64,000 bases of DNA from Lama glama (GCA_028534125.1 CM052832.1:14386001-14450000); one strand, 5' to 3'; positions 1-13,500 are shown, counted from the stretch's first letter. Notes: generated by a model from the letters alone, not told the origin. Translations and numbers: made by a program.

Positions 1-224
1 GAACAGTCTGAAGGCCTCAAGGTCCAGAGACTTCTCTGTTCCCAGCTCTGCCACTCACTGTCTCAGGGCCTTGGGTCCTGGACCACAGTGCCAGGAGGCA
101 GGACTGAGTTGGTTTTAAAGCCCCTCCTGACTCCAGATTACAGTGACTGAATGTGCCGTGGGTAGGTTCCCCTCTCATTGGATTTCCTTTCCTTGTATAA
201 ATCTCCCATTTCCTCCTGTGCCAG

Positions 225-361
225 AGGGATCTTCCAGGTTCTGGGCCTGATGAAAATGGACATGGTGAACTACACTATCCAGAGCCTTCAGCCCCAACTG
301 CAGGAACATTCCATTCAGTATGAACGAGCTAAATTCCAGGAACTCCTCAACAAGCAGCCTC
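225..361 (+). CDS. TCP11: TCP11 internal coding exon (GIFQVLGLMKMDMVNYTIQ...LLNKQP)
   Basis: Acceptor ccag at 221-224, donor gtacgt at 362; the peptide matches the T-complex 11 protein as I recall it; phase joins the next exon (C|GC = Arg). Confidence 0.93.
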
Positions 362-616
362 GTACGTATATGACTTGAGGGCAGGAGTGGGAAATAAGAC
401 TTAGTCTGACTTTTATGACTTGAGAGAGTATTCTGCCGCTTTGAGGAACAGAAAGTTTCTTCCTCAAGTAGGGGTGGCAGAAAGAAGAGTAATCTAAGCC
501 AGAAAGACCCCCCACCAAGTACTTACTTATCAAGCAGGAGGGCGTCTTGCACCTTAGTTTTGAAGCCTCGGGGATGCAGATGCTGAGGGTGCTCGCACAT
601 GCTCTTCCTGTCACAG

Positions 617-834
617 GCCTCCTCGATCACACCACCAAATGGCTGGCCCAAGCGGCGGCAGACCTCTCCATGCCGCCTCCCTCCTGCCCGGACACTCCCA
701 ACTCCTCCAATGGGGCCAGCTCCTCTCCAAGCGAAGCAGCCATCAGCCCGGAGCCCCTCAGCCCTGCGATGGTCCTGTCCCAGGGCTTCCTGAACCTCCT
801 CCTCTGGGACCCTGAAGATGAAGAGTTCCCGGAG
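617..834 (+). CDS. TCP11: TCP11 coding exon (LLDHTTKWLAQAAA...WDPEDEEFPE)
   Basis: tcacag acceptor at 611-616, gtagga donor at 835; lies within ORF 547..900. Confidence 0.93.
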
Positions 835-925
835 GTAGGACTTGTGGGGCATTGCCCTGTGGTCAGAGTCAGGACTTCCACGAGGACCTTCCTCTCCTGA
901 CAGCCTGCTCTGCCTTCTTCCCCAG

Positions 926-1107
926 ACCCTGCTGATGCATAGAGCCCGGCTGCAGGAGCTGGAGGCCCAGCTGAACCAGTTAACCATCCTGGCCTCAGTC
1001 TTGCTAGTGGCCAGCAGTTTCTCTGGCAGTGTTCTGTTTGGCTCACCTCAATTTGTGGATAAGCTGAAACGTACAATCAAAGCCCTGATGGAGGAGTTTA
1101 ACTCCAG
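926..1107 (+). CDS. TCP11: TCP11 coding exon (TLLMHRARLQEL...LMEEFNSR)
   Basis: Pyrimidine tract plus cccag acceptor ending at 925, gtgagg donor at 1108; lies within ORF 842..1111. Confidence 0.94.
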
Positions 1108-1845
1108 GTGAGGTGCATGGATCTTTTTTTAGAGTAATGATGGGTGGTTTGAGGACCCAAGCAGATAATGAAGGATTGCTTATGTTCCACCAGAAACCAC
1201 AGAAACGGTCCTTTGGAACCATCCACAAAGATTGTTCATATCTTTCCATAAGTGGTCTTGAGGCTTATGACAAAGAAAAATAAAACTTTCTTCCAAAAGG
1301 GTAGTATGGAGGACAGTTTACTACAAAACGATTCATTACCTTGTTTGCTATGAAGGAGTCCTGATCTAGTTGAGTGGTCTGGTCATAAGTGTATCTAGGA
1401 GTTGACCAGTCAGCATTATTGATTGAATATCCACTGAATGCAGGGTGTCACCCCAAAAGGAAAAGAGGCATCAGAAGGCCAGGTTTGTCATTGTAGTTGG
1501 TGAGAGTAGGACAAACGACCATGGAAGATGCCCAAGAAAGTGTTAGAAATGTGTATGTGAAAATAAATTCCATGGGGCTAAAATATACTGATGGATAGCA
1601 AGCTCCTGTCCAGAGCTGAATTTATATAATTAATCTTGTTTTCTAAGAAGAACATGGTAACATATATAGAGAAAAGTCAGTATCGAGAGGGTGATAGTGA
1701 AGACACTGAGCCTACCCACTGGGCTCTGTGCTCCCAGGGCCTAGAGTGAGGGCAGGAGGATGGGTGGGGGCCCAGCCTCTGGTACAGAGCTTCCCGGACT
1801 CAGGGCCACCCCTTGGGTACCAACTCACTCTCCTTCATGGTCTAG

Positions 1846-2012
1846 GCCTGAGGAGGAGGCTATGGTGACTGTGAGTGAACAGGTGTCTCAGGAAATCCAT
1901 CAAAGCCTCAAGAACATGGGCCTTGCTGCTCTGAGCAGCGACAACACCGCATCTCTGATAGGACAGCTCCAGAATGTCGCCAAGAAGGAGAACTGTGTCC
2001 GCAGTGTCATTG
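1846..2012 (+). CDS. TCP11: TCP11 coding exon (PEEEAMVTVSEQVSQEIHQ...ENCVRSVI)
   Basis: tctag acceptor at 1841-1845, gtgagc donor at 2013; phases are consistent with both neighbouring exons. Confidence 0.93.
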
Positions 2013-2747
2013 GTGAGCGCGCATGGGGGGTGGTGAGAATGCTGAGGGGAGGGAGAGGCAGATCCCGACCCCGGAAGTCAGTTTCTGAACCGGTTAACAA
2101 TAAAAGGCAGGATGATTGGGCAAGGCACTGTGTAGGTTTTAGTTTTTGCAAAATGCTGGGTTGAAAACATGTCCCTTTTAGTTTAAAGACTGTGCAGTTC
2201 TAAGGAATAGTTGCACCCAGGAATTCATGACTTCTAGGTGTGGCATACTGGCCAGCCAACCTGGTTAAGTCATCTCTGGCCTTCTGGGTCATTTTTGGAC
2301 TGCAGTCCAAGACATGTGACATCCCCCCCCACCCCACTGCCAAGAAACTGATGCTGAATCAGGTTGGAGGACATCTTCCTGAAGCAGGGATTTCCTGTCC
2401 CATGTTGGAATGGAGGCTGTGAACTTGACCTTGCTCTTAACCTGTGCCATCTGATGGGTCAGTCTAAGATTCCCCTGTTATGTCAAATACTAGGATCTAA
2501 CTGATGGGATACTTAATCTTTTGGATTGAAATTCACTAGCCCACTAATTTTTGATCTTTGCTTTGTCCTTAGGAACTAGGTAGCGGCCCCCTTCCCAAAC
2601 AAAACAAATTTCCTTATCTCTAGGTGAGTGGGTAGGTCAGTGACTACCTCAGTTAACTTAGAACTTGGGTGAGTGGAGTGCAGGGGCAGTGTTTTTCCCT
2701 GAAAGTTGTTCGCCTTCTCCCTTCTCACTGTCTTCTCCTGCTCACAG

Positions 2748-2980
2748 ATCAGCGGATCCACTTGTTCCTTAAATGTTGTCTGGTTCTTGGTGTGCAGCGT
2801 TCTCTGCTTGACCTCCCTGGAGGCCTGACTCTCATTGAAGCAGAACTGGCAGAACTTGGCCAAAAGTTTGTCAACCTAACACACCACAATCAGCAGGTGT
2901 TTGGCCCCTACTACACGGAGATCTTAAAAACGCTCCTTCCCCCAGCTCAGGCACTGGAAACAGAAGTGGAGTCTCTCTGA
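2748..2980 (+). CDS. TCP11: TCP11 last coding exon (DQRIHLFLKCCLVLG...ETEVESL*)
   Basis: Long pyrimidine tract plus ctcacag acceptor ending at 2747; TGA at 2978-2980. Confidence 0.94.
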
Positions 2981-3152
2981 TGGCACCGGCTCCAAGCCCT
3001 GGCTCCTTGGACCCAGGAGAGAAGCCCATCGTTTTTTTGAGGGGACGTCATCAGTGACCAGCAGGGCAGCGAGCCCTCTCTGCTTCTGCGGCCAGTACAC
3101 CACGCTGTAGTGACCAAGCATGTAAACACCAGCTGGCCCAAACTCATTTGCT

Positions 3153-3158
3153 AATAAA
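3153..3158 (+). terminator. TCP11: TCP11 polyadenylation signal AATAAA
   Basis: First canonical hexamer, about 170 nt after the stop codon. Confidence 0.75.
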
Positions 3159-4679
3159 CTTCTGAACTGCAAGCAAACCTCCACTCTTACTGCGCTGCAG
3201 CTGTGGCCAGGCCCTGTGTCCTCGACCCCCAGCTAGCCGAGAAGCCGGCAAGCCCCGGTTTCTCCTCTGGCTAGATGCTCCCTTCAGCACGCAGAGCTGA
3301 GAAGCCCAGACACCAGGTAGTAATGTTATTTTCTCTAAGGGTAAAGCATTTCTCTGAGAATTGGGTGTAATTATCCAAAATGTGAGTATATGGGCTTCTC
3401 TGGAAGTCAGAAATTTGCCCAGTTTAGCGCAGGATTGGGCATGATTGAAAAAAGTGGTTAGAAACCTCATTTCCACGACCAGATTCCCCTGAAGGTTTCA
3501 AATGAAGCAACAAGAAGGCGAGAACAGAAAGAACTTCCACTTCCTCTTCTGTCACAGGGAGTCTGAAGCGGGGAGCCTGCTGGGGTCATGTGAGAATGGA
3601 TGTTGGCCGCTGGCTAGCATCCTGCTGAGGACAGATTTGAGATCGTGGGCTTTCTCTCCCTCTCAAGTATCTGGTTCAGGCTTGGACAGTTAGGTCGGTG
3701 CCTGACTTGGGTCAGGCTTATCCTTGGTCCTGTTCTTTAGCGGAGTGAGTCTCCTGTTCCCTCGTGTCTGAGCTTAGCACCCCGTTCTTCCTGACACAGG
3801 CGACATGCACTTCCAGTCTGGGATTCTAACTGGCAGTTGTGGTTGTGAGCTGCTGCTGGCATCACAAATGAGGGATATTCTCTGAAGGACTTGGCTTGTC
3901 TCCTGGGGTTGGAGAGATCCAGCCCCTCATTCTCAGGCTGCCTGCAGAGACCAGCCCCGATGGAGCCTGGCTGAAATGAGGAAATGTCCGTTCAGAGTCG
4001 GCCCTTTTTTGGTATTGGATAAAAGAGAAAATGGAAATTCACTTATGTGCTCTCAAGGTAGGGTGAAGAGAAACAATGTTCTCAGTGTTTCAGGAGGTGG
4101 AGGGAGCTGAATATAACAGGCTTAACATAGGAAGACTAACAGAAGAGGGTTAGAATTCCCTTGGCCCAGGGTTTTCTCCTAATTGACTTCCTTTTGGAGA
4201 GAGAGCCTAGGTGGGTGACAGAGCCAGGCCAACAGTGTGAACTTTACTGTTACCAGAAAGGCTGGAGGGCCTGGATCATTCCATTTCCAGTCTTGTACCT
4301 AGACATCCTCAGGTGGAGAAGCCCAGGAAAAGGGGTATATTTTAATAAACAGTGAGGCTTGCCTGGATGCGTTCTCTGATGTGCAGCTATTAATTTGGAT
4401 TTTTTAAAAATCCATATTTTGGAAGCCTCATTGTCTTAGAGGCAGAAGTGCTGTCTCTGAAGGGGTGCCTGAGAAGAGGACTGCTTGGTTGGTGGGTGCA
4501 GACCCTGGGTTGATTGTAGAACTTTGCTTTGTACTTCACAGTTAAAACTTGGAATGATTGATTTCTTAGACATTTTGAGTTGATTTTCTTGTGCTTCAAC
4601 GTGGAGGAGACAGGGATCCTGACCTAAGCAAGGGAAGATAGCTCCATTCAGTCCTGCCCATGGTTTGAGGGATATATAT

Positions 4680-6752
4680 TTAATAAAATTATGGTAAAAT
4701 ACACATAATATAAACATTTACCATTAGAGACATTTAGTACATTGCCAGTGTTGTGCAACCCTCACCACCGTCTAGTTCAGAATATTTTCATCACCACAAA
4801 GGAGATCCCACACCCATCAAGCAGTGATGTCTCATCTCCTCCCAGGCCCCTGGCAACCACCAGTCTGCTCTCCGTTTCAGTGGGTTTTCTGATTCTAGGT
4901 AAATGGAATCGTATGAGGTCTTCTGTGGCTGGCTGCTTTCACCTAGTATGTTTTTAAGATGCATCATGTTGTAGCATGTGTCAGAACCCCATTCCCTTTT
5001 GTGGCCAAATAATATTCCATTATATGGATATACCACATTTGTCAGTTGATGAATATTTGGGTTGTTTTCACCTTTGGGCTTTTGTGAATAGTGCTGCTAT
5101 GAATATTTGTGTACAAGTTTTTGTTTGAACATTTGTTTTCAATGCTTTTGAGTATCTATACTCATACCCAGGAGTAGAATTAGTGTGTCACATGGTAATT
5201 CTATATTTAATTATTTAGAAACCACTAAACTGTTTTCCGCAGTGGCTGCACCACTTTATAGTCTCACCAGCAATGTATGAGGGTTCTGATTTCTCCACAT
5301 TTACACCAACACTTGTTTTCTTAAAGTATAGGCATCTTGATAGATGTGAAGTGGAATCTCATTGTGGTTTTGACTTATACTTCCCTAATGGCTAGTGATG
5401 TTGAGTATCTTTTCATATGATTACTGGGCATTTGTATATCTTCTTTGGAGAAATGGCCATTTTAGTCCTTTGCTCATTTTTGAATTGGGTTGTTTTGTTA
5501 CTGTTGTTGAGTTGTAAGAATTCTTTATATATTTTGGATACTAGACCCTTGTCAGATATATAATTTGCACGTATTTTCTTTCATTCTGTGGGTAGTCTTT
5601 TCACTTTCTTCATAGTGTCCTTTGATGCACAAAGGTTTTAATTTTGATGAAGTCCAATTTATCAGGTTTTCTTTTCATGGATTGTGCTTTGGGTGTCAAG
5701 TCTAAGCACTCTTTGCCTAGGCTTAGATCCCAAGGATTTTCTTCTGCGTTTTTTTGCTAAAAAGTTTGGTAATTTTGTTTTACATTTAAGTCTGTGACCC
5801 ATTTCAAGTTAATTTTTTGTATAAGATGTGAGACTTAGGTTGAGGATTTTTGTCATTGTTGTTTTCTTAGCTATGGCTATCCAGTTGCTCCAGTATCATT
5901 TGTTGAAAAGGCTATCTTTCCTCCATTGAATTGCTTTTGCACCTTTATTCAAAAATCAGTTGGGCATATTTGTATGGGTCTCTCTGTGGGTTTTCTGTCC
6001 TGTTCCATTGATCTATGTGTTTTTCTCTCTCTCTCTTGACTACTATGGCTATATAGTAAGTCTTGAAAATTAGGTATCCTGATTTCTCCACTTTATTCTT
6101 CTTTTTCAAAGTTGTTTTAGCTATTCTAGTTCCTTGCCTTCCTTAGACTAATCTCGTCTATATTTACAAAAAAATATGCTAGGATTTTGATAGGTATTAC
6201 GTTCAACCTGTGTATCTGGGGAGAACTGACATTCTAACTATGTTGAATATTCCAATTCATGAATATTATATATATCTCTAGTTATCTAGATCTACTTTGA
6301 GTTCTTTCATCAGCATTTTATAGTTTTCATCATACAAATCCTGAACATGTGTTTAGGTTTATACTTTAGGAATTCATTTTTTGAGTGATTATAAATGGTA
6401 TTTTATTTTTAATTGTGGTGTCCACATGTTCATTTCTACTATAGAGAAATACAATTGGCTTTTATATGTTTACCTTGTATCTTGTAATCTTGCTTAACTT
6501 ACTTATTTTAATAATTTTTTGTAGATTCTTTGGAATTTTCTACATAGTCATGTGATCTGGAAGTAGAGACAGTTTTATTTCTTCCTTTCTGTTATGAATG
6601 CTTTTTATTTCCTTTTCTTGCCTTATTTTACTAGAACTTCCAGCATTTTAAGACTTGTTCCCAGTCTTAGGGGGAAGACATTGTCTTTCACCATTAAATA
6701 CAGTATTGTAGATTTTTGTAGATGCTGTTTATCCAGTTGAAGAAATTCCCCT
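4680..6752 (-). mobile_element. Old LINE-1 (L1M-type), 3' end and ORF2 remnant
   Basis: Typical antisense L1 3' text (tatatggatataccacattt, gtgaagtggaatctcattgtggttttga, ttgttgaaaaggctatctttcctccattgaattg); ORF 4791..5036 translates as L1 3'-end-like sequence. Boundaries approximate. Confidence 0.85.
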
Positions 6753-8150
6753 CTGTATTAGTCTTTTTATTGCTACTGTAACTAAGTACTACAAATCTAG
6801 TGCCTTCCTTGAGACAGTGGACATTTATAATCTCACAGTTTTGAATGTGAAGTCCACAATGGTGTTTGGGGCTAAAATTAAGGTGTAGGCAGAGCTGCAT
6901 GGGGCTCTAAGGATGAATCAGTTTCCTATGGCTGCTGTAACAAATCACCACAAACTGAGTAGCTTGACAAAAATATACTGTCACATTTCTGGAGGCCAGA
7001 AATCAGTTCACTGGGCTGGAATCAAAGTGTTGGCAGGGCCATATGCCCTCTGGAGGCTCTAGGGAATAATCCGTTCCTTGCCTCTTTCAGCTTCTAGTGG
7101 CCGCTGGTGTTCCTTTAAGACCTGTGGCTGCATTATTCTAATTTCTGCCTCCACGGTCACATGGAGATCACATGGTCGTCTTCTGTGTGTATCTAATTTC
7201 CTTCTGCCCCTCTCTTACAGATATTTGTAATTGGATTTGGGGCCCACTCACATAATCTAGGATAATCTCCTCATTTTAAGATCTTTAATCACATAGGAAA
7301 AGACCCCCTTTTTAAAACAAGGTAATTAATAAGGTAATTGTTATGGATTGAATTGTCTCCCCCACTTCCCCCCAAATTAATGTTGAAGTCCTAACCCCCA
7401 GTACCTCAGCATGTGACCTTATTTGTAAATAGGGTCATTGTAGATGGTTCTTAGTCAATGTGAGGTTATACTGCAGTTGTGTGGGTCCCTAATCCAATCT
7501 GACTGGTGTCCTTATGAAAAGACACATGCCACATGAATAGATAGACACATGTATAGAAGTACAGTAGTGTAGAGAATCAGGGAGATGCCATCTACCGAGG
7601 CTACCAGTAGCTAGAAAAGCGGCATGGAACAGATTCTCCCTCACAGCCCTTAGAGGTAACCCACCCTGTGGACACCTCTTTCAGACTTCAAGTAAAACAA
7701 ATATATTGTCTGTTTAAGCCACTCAGTTTGTGGTGCTTCATTACAGCAGCCCTAGGAAACTGCTAAAGTAACATTAACAGGTTCTAGTAATTAGGACCCA
7801 GGTCTTTGGGTGGCCATTATTCAGTCTACTGCAGCGGAAAAATCTGTCCTGGACCTTTCCAGCTTCTAGAAACTGTGCACATTCCTTGGCTGGTAGCCCC
7901 TTCCTCCATCTTCAGAGCACATCACTACCACCTTTGCTTCCATCACATCTTCTCTCTTCTTTTGACCTTTCTCCCTCCCTTTTTAAATATTGATTATATT
8001 GGGCCTTTCTAGATAATCCAGGATAAACTCTCCTGCTCAAGACCCTTGATTTTAATTACATTTGCAAAGTATCTTTTGCCACATAAAGTAACATATTCAC
8101 AGGTTCTGTTGATTAATTAGGGTGTGGACATCTTTAGGGAGCTATTCTCT
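6753..8150. mobile_element. Three nested MaLR (MLT1-like) LTRs inside the L1
   Basis: MLT1 hallmarks occur three times: tgtattagtc...gctactgtaactaagtactacaaa (6754), agtttcctatggctgctgtaacaaatcaccacaaactg (~6920), and the opposite orientation tgttatggattgaattg...gcagccctaggaaactg (~7339-7765). Confidence 0.75.
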
Positions 8151-8842
8151 ATTTCCATTTCTACGAGTTTAAAAATCATGAATAGGTGTTGAATTTTGTC
8201 AAATGTATTTCCATACCAATTGATAAGATAATGTGATTTTTTTCTTCTTTAGCTTGTTAATGTATTGAATTTTATTGATTAATCTTTGAATATTGGCCAG
8301 CCTTGCATCCCTGGAATGAATTTCACTTGGTTATGATGTATAATTCTTTATATATATATATATATATCTGAATTCTATTGGCTAATATTTTGTCATGGAT
8401 TTTTTATGCCTATATTAATGAAGGGTATTGGTCTATAGTTTTCTTGTTTTGTATTTCCTTTGTTGGTCTTGGCATCAGGGTAATATGAGCTCATAGAATG
8501 AATGAATTAGGAAGTGTTCTTCCTTTTGTTTCCTGGAACAGATTGTGTAGAACTGGTGTTAATTCTTTAAACATTTGGTAGAATTCTTCAGTGCAATCAT
8601 CTGGGCTTGAAGATTTTTTTAAAATTGTAGATTGAATTTTTATAGTGCTACTCAAATTACATATTTCACACTGAGTTGTGATAGTGTATGTTTTTTGAGG
8701 AATTGGTCTATTTAGTTTAAGTTGTTAAATTTATGTGTTAAGAGTTGTGTGGAGTACTGTTATTACCCTTTTGACGTCTGCAGGGTCTGTAGCGAGGGAC
8801 GTTGTTTGATCCTTGACACTGGTAATCTGTCTTCTCTCTTTC

Positions 8843-9515
8843 CTTTTTTTTTAAATTTTATTTTATTTTATTGAGTTATAGTCAGTTTACAATGTTGTGT
8901 CAATTTCCATTGCAGAGCACAATTTTTCCGTTATACAGGAACATGCATATATTCATTGTCACATTCTTTTTCACCATGAGCTACCACAGAATCTTGTATT
9001 TATTTCCCTGTGCTATACAGTATAATCTTGTTTATCTATTCTATATATACCTCTCAGCATCTACAAATTTTGAACTCCCAGTCTGTCCCTTCCCACCCTA
9101 CTCCCTGCCAGCAACTACAAGTTTGTATTCTATGTCTGAGTCTGTTTCTGTTTTGTATTTATGTTCGTTTGCCTTTTTCTTTCTATTCTTTTTCTTTTCT
9201 TTAGGTTCCACATATNNNNNNNNNNNNNNNNNNNNNNNNNNNNNNNNNNNNNNNNNNNNNNNNNNNNNNNNNNNNNNNNNNNNNNNNNNNNNNNNNNNNN
9301 NNNNNNNNNNNNNNNGACTTCCCTAGGAGGACATTTTTGAGATGTTTGTGAGATAATGTTTTGCCTATGTTTTCTTCTAGGAGGTTTATTGTATCTTGTC
9401 TTATGTTTAAGTCTTTGATCCATTTTGAGTTTATTTTTGTGTATGGTATAAGGGAGTGTTCTAGCTTCATTGATTTACATGCTGCTGTCCAGTTTTCCCA
9501 ACGTGATTTGCTGAA
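8843..9515 (-). mobile_element. Younger 5'-truncated L1 with poly(A) tail and TSD, spanning a 100-N gap
   Basis: T-rich tail at 8844-8870; ORF2 peptide [38 protein letters not shown]; flanks gtcttctctctttc (8829-8842) and gtcttctctttttc (9516-9529). Confidence 0.85.
9216..9315. other. Assembly gap (100 N)
   Basis: Run of N. Confidence 1.
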
Positions 9516-10209
9516 GTCTTCTCTTTTTCTTTGTCGGTTTGGCTACAGGTTTGTCAATTTTATCAATCATTTCATGAAACAAACTCTTTGTTTGACTGAC
9601 ATTTTGCTATTTACTGTTTTCATTTTCATTTACTTCTGCTTTTATCTTTATTATTCCCTTCCTTCTCCTTGCTTTGGGTTTATTCTGCTTTTTTTTTTTT
9701 TTGATGTTCTTTAGAGTAGAAGCATAGATTATTGATTTAAGACTTTTCCTCTTTTCCAATATATGCATTTACTGCTATGAATTTCCTTCTCAGAACTATA
9801 TTACTTTGTCCTACAAATTTTGATATGTTGTATTTTCATTTTCATTCAGTTTGTTTATTTTGATTTCCCTTGAGATTGATTTCTTGTTGACTCATGGATT
9901 ATTTAGAAGTGTGTTGTTTCCAAGTGTTTAGAGATTTTTCTGTTATCTTTCTGTTACTGATTTCTACTCTGATCCTATTATGGTTCAAGAGACACTGTGT
10001 ATTATTTTAATTCTTCTAAATTCGTTGAGGTTTATTTTATGGCCCAGGATATAATCTATCTTGGTATATGTCCTATGGGCACTTAAAAAAAAAAGGTCCT
10101 ATTGGTTGGTGGTGTTGAGCTCTTCTATATCCTTGATGATTTTTTCTCTAGTTGTTCTATAAGTTGTTGACAGAGTCTCCAGTTGAGTTGAAGTCTCCAA
10201 CCCTATTTG

Positions 10210-10556
10210 TTGTGTTACTCTGCTCAGTATACCATAGAAATTTACTTCTTACAGTTTTGGAGGCTGGAAAGTCCCAGATCAAAGTCCAGCAGGGTCAGTT
10301 TCTGGTGAAGACTGTCTTCCTGACATGTAGACAGTTGTCTTCTTGCTGTGTTCTTACATGGCCTTTCCTCTGTGCCTGTGTCTGGAGAGAGCTCTCTCTT
10401 CCTCCTCTTGTAAGGCCAGCAATCCTATTAGGATCTCACCTGATGACCTAATTTAACCTTAATTACCTTCTAAAAGCCCTATCTCCAAATACAGTCAAAC
10501 TGGGAGTCAGGGCTTCAACATGAGAATTTTGGAGGTGTGCACTTCAGTCTATAGCA
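10210..10556. mobile_element. MLT1A-like MaLR solo LTR
   Basis: agaaatttacttcttacagttttggaggctggaaagtcc...gggcttcaacatgagaattttgg...cagtctatagca. Confidence 0.75.
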
Positions 10557-13500
10557 TTCATGGATTTGTCTGTTTCCCTTTTTAGTTCAGTTTTTGCCCC
10601 ACATATTTTACAGCTCTGTTGTTTGGTGCATACACATTTAGGATTGATATGTCTTCTTGGTACATTGACTTTTTATCATTTTATAGTGCCCTCCTCTCTC
10701 TTATAATTTTCTTTGTCCCAAAGTCTACTTTATATTAATATAGCTACTCCTTTCTTTTAATTAATGTTTGCATTGTGTACTTTCTTCCATCCTTTTACTT
10801 TCAACCTGCCTATATTATTGTTATTTGAGGTGGGTTTCTTATAGACAGCATATATAGTTTAGTTCATGTTTTCTAATCTACTCTTCCAATCTGTCTTTTA
10901 ATTGGTGTTTTTAGGCCATTTAAACTGGTGTAATTATGGTATATTAGGGCTTAAGTCTGCCATTTTTTGTTTTCTAATTATTGTTTGCATTTTTGTTTTT
11001 CTTATCTGTGAATTACTTAAATAGAAATGGAATTTAAAATGTTTATCTTATAGTGTCTTTTGAGTTCATTTCCTTGAATAACTCTTGGTGTTTGCTCTAA
11101 GTATCACATGTACAAATAACTTGCCACAGTCTATTAGTCTCATCATTTACTAGTCAAGTATAGAAACCTTACCTTGTCACACATCCCTTTACCCTCCTCA
11201 CTTAAAATATAATTGTTTTAAATATTTCTTCTACATGCATTTAGAATCACATGAAACTGTTAGAATTTTGCTTTAAGCATTGAACATAATTTAGAAAACT
11301 CAGGAAGAGAAGGGAAGTCTATTGTATTTACCTATATTTTTCTTAATGTTTGTTCATCCTTCCTGATGTCCCAAGGTTGCTTTTTACCTTCCTCATTTCC
11401 TTTCTACCTAGAAAACGCACACTGTTCTTTTAGGATAGGTCTGCTGGCAATGGAGATCCTGTTTTCCTTCATCTGAGAATGTCTTGACTCCTCTTCATTC
11501 CTGAAGAATATTTTTGCAGGGCACAGAACTCTGGGTTCACAGTTCTTTACTTTCAGCACCAGAGAAATATCATACTACTTCCTTCTGGCCTCCAGTTCTG
11601 CTGAAAAATCCGCTGTCATTCAGATTACTTTTCCCCTTAGGGTAACGTGTCATTTTTCTCACTGCTTTTAAGAATTTTTCCTTTTGTCTTTCATTTTCAG
11701 AACTTTAATTATGATGGAATCTTGGCATGGATTTCTCTTGGTTTATCTGGTTTGGGATGTGCTTAGCTTTTTGAATCTGTGTTTCTTTTGCCAAATTTGG
11801 GAAGTTTTCAGCCATTATTTTGTGGAGTACGTTTTCAGCCCTACCTCTTTCTCTCCTCCTGGGACTCGCTGACACACATTTGATCTTTTGTTACAGTCCC
11901 ATAGGTCCTGGAGACTATTCATTTTTTCCCCCCAATCTATTTTCTTTCTCTTTTGCGTCAATTGAGTAATTTATATTGTTCTATCTTCCAGTTTGTGAAT
12001 TCTTCTCTTTCTTGTCCATCTGTTGCTGAGCCCAAGCACTGAGATTTTCATTTTGGTTATTGTATTTGTCTGGAGAAGCCTTATTACTGCCAGGTGATGG
12101 GTGAGTTCTCCACCAGGCCTCCTCTGATGTCACCCCAGTGAGAGTGTTGGGGTGCCTTGTTATGTAGTGGAAGTGACATCTAGGCTCCCCACTTGGCCTT
12201 TGCTGGCCTGTGTAGGGTCAGGGGCTACAGTTTTTTCCTGTGGTGTTTGGCTGGAGTAGAATAGTTTGTGTCTAGAAGCTTTCTATCTTGCGAGGCTGCC
12301 CTTTTCCTGGTCCTCTGGCTGGAGAGAGAGAGTAGGCTTTTGTTTGGGCTTTGTCTGTGCCCACTGGTATTTCTACCAAGGGTTTTAATTGTACTTAGTG
12401 AGAAGAATAGGGAAAAGTCCGTCTACTTGATTTTCCTGGAAATAGTTCACAGCTATTGTCAAGTTGTCGTTACATGTGGTGTAAACATTATTTTCAATTG
12501 GTTCTTTTTTAATGGTGCATTTTGCTATGCAGAAATGTTTGATTTTTATATAGTTGAATATGTTAATCCTTAAAAAAATGGACTCAGTTATGTAACATGT
12601 TTGGAAAGACCTTTCTCATACCAAGATTATGGGAAAGAAAAGTCTCATTTTCTTCTAGCTTTGTTGGGGTTTCTTTTTTTTTATATTTAAATATGTGAAC
12701 CATCTGGAACCTATTTTGGTATAAGTAGGAATAGAAATTTTCCTGCACTGTTCCCACCGCCCCCCATAACTACCCGCTTGTCTTAGCTCCATTTACTGGA
12801 TAATAAATATTTTATGGTGTTAGGGAAACTCTTTAATTTGGTAAATGTTTATAACATAACAGTGATTCCAATAGCCAAGTCGTAAAAAAAAGCAGAATTC
12901 TAGAGGCTGTGCTGAGCAGTGGAGAGGTGAAATGTCTGCCCTCTGTGGGTGTTTGTGGGGAACAGCCAGTGCTGTGTGAATTCCTGGTCCTGGAAGGTCC
13001 ACCTGTTCCTGTCTGCTGGGCTTCAGGGGGGGACCCTAGACACACTCTCTGTGTCAGAAGCCAGAGGTGCTGAATTGGACACAAGGGCGTTTTGAGCTGC
13101 GCTGGAGACTGCTCCAATTTGCAGAGCTCTGCCTCCTCAGAGGCCTGGTCTCTGCCAGGGCTGCTGTATCTCAAGCCATCAGTAGTTACACCCCCGCTGC
13201 CAGTGCCTGGACCACAGAGCCTCTGTGGAGGGCGGACTGGTCTACCTCACCTTCCACCCTTCCTACTCCTGCAGCTCCTTCTGCCTCCAGGTCCTAAGGA
13301 GACCAGTGTGGAGATACACTGACCACAGGGAGTCAGAGGGACTGGGGAGGTAGGAGTGGAGACTGGACAGATGCAGTCCTGTTGTGTGTGTCCCACCCAT
13401 GCCTAATGTGAGGCCACCCCAACCTACTGCTCCCACCAGTCCTCCCTTCTGTCCAGCTCTGGTTCCCTTCAGTCAAGGGCAGCACCACCTGTGGCTCAGA

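Larger units (their letters stand above)
8151..12440 (-). mobile_element. Continuation of the old L1, interrupted by a younger L1 and an MLT1A-like LTR
   Basis: Degenerate antisense L1 ORF2 and 5'-ward motifs (ccagccttgcatccctggaatgaa, gtgcatacacatttaggattg, tttgggaagttttcagccattatt). Boundaries approximate. Confidence 0.75.

Noticed and set aside
523..1076. Antisense ORFs of 149-154 aa over TCP11
   Set aside because: Shadows of GC-rich coding exons; no recognisable protein.
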